IMG/VR virus record: IMGVR_UViG_3300045988_059683
Coordinates: 1-6,031 of that record
DNA: 6,031 bases
From: a virus
Direction: 5' to 3' (one strand)
The notes beneath the pieces were generated by a model. It was not told the DNA's origin. It worked only from the letters and a program-made list of their open reading frames with translations, and ran no database searches. Positions 5,091-6,031 of the stretch are shown here, in pieces (position 1 is the stretch's first letter; every line of letters starts with the position of its first letter). Both the position numbers and the translations under genes were made by a program.

Positions 5091-5261
5091 TTAAAGCTCA
5101 AATGTTTGGTCTATTCTGTAAAGTGTTACTTTTATTACGTTTGCTTCTGCTCTACATTTTTTCGCTTTTTCTTTTGCGTCTCTGGTTGTTTCTATCCACA
5201 TCCTTTGTTCTTTTGTACCGTTTTGGAAATGCACTCTTACTAAGAATTTGTACTCTTTCAT
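5091..5261 (-). CDS. Hypothetical 56-aa protein, first gene behind the promoter and translationally coupled to the M15 peptidase
   Basis: It is below the ORF-track cutoff. Hand translation gives MKEYKFLVRVHFQNGTKEQRMWIETTRDAKEKAKKCRAEANVIKVTLYRIDQTFEL. An SD (AGAGAGG) lies 8 nt before ATG 5261. The TAA stop (5091-5093) lies inside the M15 SD (TAAAGGAG). There is no hydrophobic segment. Confidence 0.6.
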   Translation of the reverse strand: MKEYKFLVRVHFQNGTKEQRMWIETTRDAKEKAKKCRAEANVIKVTLYRIDQTFEL

Positions 5262-5291
5262 GGTGCTTACCTCTCTTTCTTTTCTGACTCT

Positions 5292-5308
5292 ATTATATCA
5301 TATGTCAA
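5292..5308 (-). promoter_or_regulatory. Extended -10 sigma70-type promoter (TGaTATAAT) reading toward ORF56 and the M15 peptidase
   Basis: The coding strand reads CCTATTGACATATGATATAATAGAGTCAG. A perfect TATAAT lies at 5297-5292 and is preceded by TGa. The hexamer at the 17-nt spacing is only CGGAAA (3/6). A perfect TTGACA (5308-5303) sits only 5 nt upstream, so it cannot serve as the -35. Confidence 0.6.
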
Positions 5309-5333
5309 TAGGTTTTTCCGTGATTTTGCTGCT

Positions 5334-5365
5334 TTGTAATAAAATTGTAACCTTTTCTTGTAACC
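5334..5365 (-). promoter_or_regulatory. Three direct repeats GGTTACAA / GGTTACAA / TATTACAA (coding strand) upstream of the promoter
   Basis: The plus strand shows TTGTAACC at 5345-5352 and 5358-5365, and TTGTAATA at 5334-5341. The copies start 11 and 13 nt apart and lie about 35-70 nt upstream of the -10 hexamer. Confidence 0.4.
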
Positions 5366-5464
5366 CGGTTTTGCTCCTTTGTTTTGAAAGCGCTTTAGCG
5401 CCTTGCCGTATGGAGCGCAGCGGAATTCGGCTAAATAAAATCTTCCTTTTTAGCGCTGTGCGCG

Positions 5465-6031
5465 TCATGCTTTTGGTTCACGCCACTTTTGTCTTAGCTT
5501 GTCTTTTTCTTTCTGAATGTTGAGATAGGTTTCGTAATCCACGTTCGTGTTCTGTTCGAGATTGACTAAACTTTGTATTGCGTTGCGTCTACGTTTGGCT
5601 CTAACCTCTCTCAGCTCGTCAGAATGTGCCTTAAAATAGCTTTCTGTGTCTTGGCTGGTATCCTTATCCTTATCTAGTATCTTATCAAAATAGCGTGGAG
5701 GCCTTTTCTCGCGGCCTCCTGCGCATATGATGCTATCTGTTTTTAAGATTTCGTCTTTGTGTTCGTTTAGATACTTTTCGCCGATTCCTTTTGACATGAT
5801 TCGGAACTCTGGTTCTCGACCTTCCATCCAGTATTTAGCCGCTTGCTCTGCGCCTATGGCTTTTTTGTTGACGTACTGTGCTACGTATGCGTAGCTTCCC
5901 GGCTGTGCTGGTGAAAAGTCTATCATGCCCTTGCCCCAGATTTTTTGTAGCCATTCGCTCTTGAAATAGCTGTTGCCCTTTTGGTTCTTATACCATTGTG
6001 CGTCCGGTGGCTTCAGTCCAAATACTATCGC
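5465..6031 (-). CDS. VP4: Replication initiation protein VP4, C-terminal part (5955-6031 duplicates 1-77). The full gene is 996 nt / 331 aa on the circle.
   Basis: The track ORF 5465-5926 is open upstream to the window end in the same frame. It carries the catalytic double-tyrosine motif YVAQYVNKK (Y at 5885-5887 and 5873-5875), which has the same Y-x3-Y spacing as phiX174 protein A. The stop is TGA at 5465-5467. Confidence 0.92.
   Translation of the reverse strand, partial: AIVFGLKPPDAQWYKNQKGNSYFKSEWLQKIWGKGMIDFSPAQPGSYAYVAQYVNKKAIGAEQAAKYWMEGREPEFRIMSKGIGEKYLNEHKDEILKTDSIICAGGREKRPPRYFDKILDKDKDTSQDTESYFKAHSDELREVRAKRRRNAIQSLVNLEQNTNVDYETYLNIQKEKDKLRQKWREPKA
5955..6031. repeat. Terminal direct repeat, copy 2 (circular-assembly overlap)
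   Basis: Identical to 1-77. It lies inside the rep coding sequence, so it is an assembly or permutation overlap, not a biological terminal repeat. Confidence 0.97.

Larger units (their letters stand above)
1..5954 (-). other. One complete unit of a circular Microviridae (gokushovirus-like) ssDNA phage genome, shown as the reverse complement of the coding strand
   Basis: An exact 77-nt overlap of the window ends (1-77 = 5955-6031) closes a 5,954-nt circle. The microvirus core gene set (rep VP4, capsid VP1, pilot VP2, small basic peptide) is all on the minus strand. The rep ORF is intact only when read across the junction. Confidence 0.9.

Noticed and set aside
5099-5101. The TTG start used by the ORF track for the M15 peptidase, and similarly the GTG at 3592-3594 for VP1
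   Set aside because: For M15, the ATG at 5074 has an AAGGAG upstream that overlaps the previous stop codon, while the TTG has none and would overlap ORF56. For VP1 the choice between GTG 3594 and ATG 3585 is unresolved. I chose the ATG.
5303-5308. A perfect TTGACA on the coding strand upstream of the TATAAT, and another TTGACA on the plus strand at 548-553
   Set aside because: The first is only 5 nt from the -10 hexamer, so it cannot act as its -35, and no -10 lies 17 nt downstream of it. The second is on the non-coding strand and has no acceptable -10 at 16-18 nt (best TGTAGT, 3/6).
5387-5404. A possible terminator after rep: a hairpin (AAGGCGC TAAA GCGCTTT on the coding strand)
   Set aside because: The stem is only 7 bp including a G-U pair, and it is followed by CAAAAC rather than a U-tract. 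This is not convincing as an intrinsic terminator.

Overview
The window is one complete, circularly closed genome of a small ssDNA phage of the family Microviridae with gokushovirus-like architecture. It is shown as the reverse complement of the coding (viral) strand. Positions 1-77 recur exactly at 5955-6031, so the true unit is 5,954 nt. Every credible gene is on the minus strand. In coding-strand order they are: the replication initiator VP4 (starts at 506, crosses the junction, ends at 5465); a 203-nt noncoding gap holding the only canonical promoter I can see; a 56-aa ORF; an M15-family zinc peptidase; a run of micro-ORFs including a 38-aa basic J/VP8-like peptide; an 84-aa protein; a 138-aa scaffold-like protein; major capsid VP1; an intrinsic-terminator-like hairpin; and pilot/minor capsid protein VP2. 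A 503-nt noncoding region (507-1009) is densely structured. It holds an 11-bp hairpin abutting the rep start, a (GTA)6 microsatellite, nine direct copies of TGTTGAAA(AC) ending in an inverted 9/9 DnaA-box match, an alternating purine-pyrimidine hairpin and several G/C-rich hairpins. The three most interesting items are: (1) the repeat array, a candidate iteron/origin or DnaA-recruiting element that to my knowledge is not described for microviruses; (2) the M15 peptidase module with no holin or signal sequence; and (3) the terminator hairpin that sits between the VP2 start codon and its Shine-Dalgarno (SD). No tRNA, rRNA, CRISPR, integrase or transposase was seen. All functional calls rest on hand translation and motif recognition; no database search was possible.
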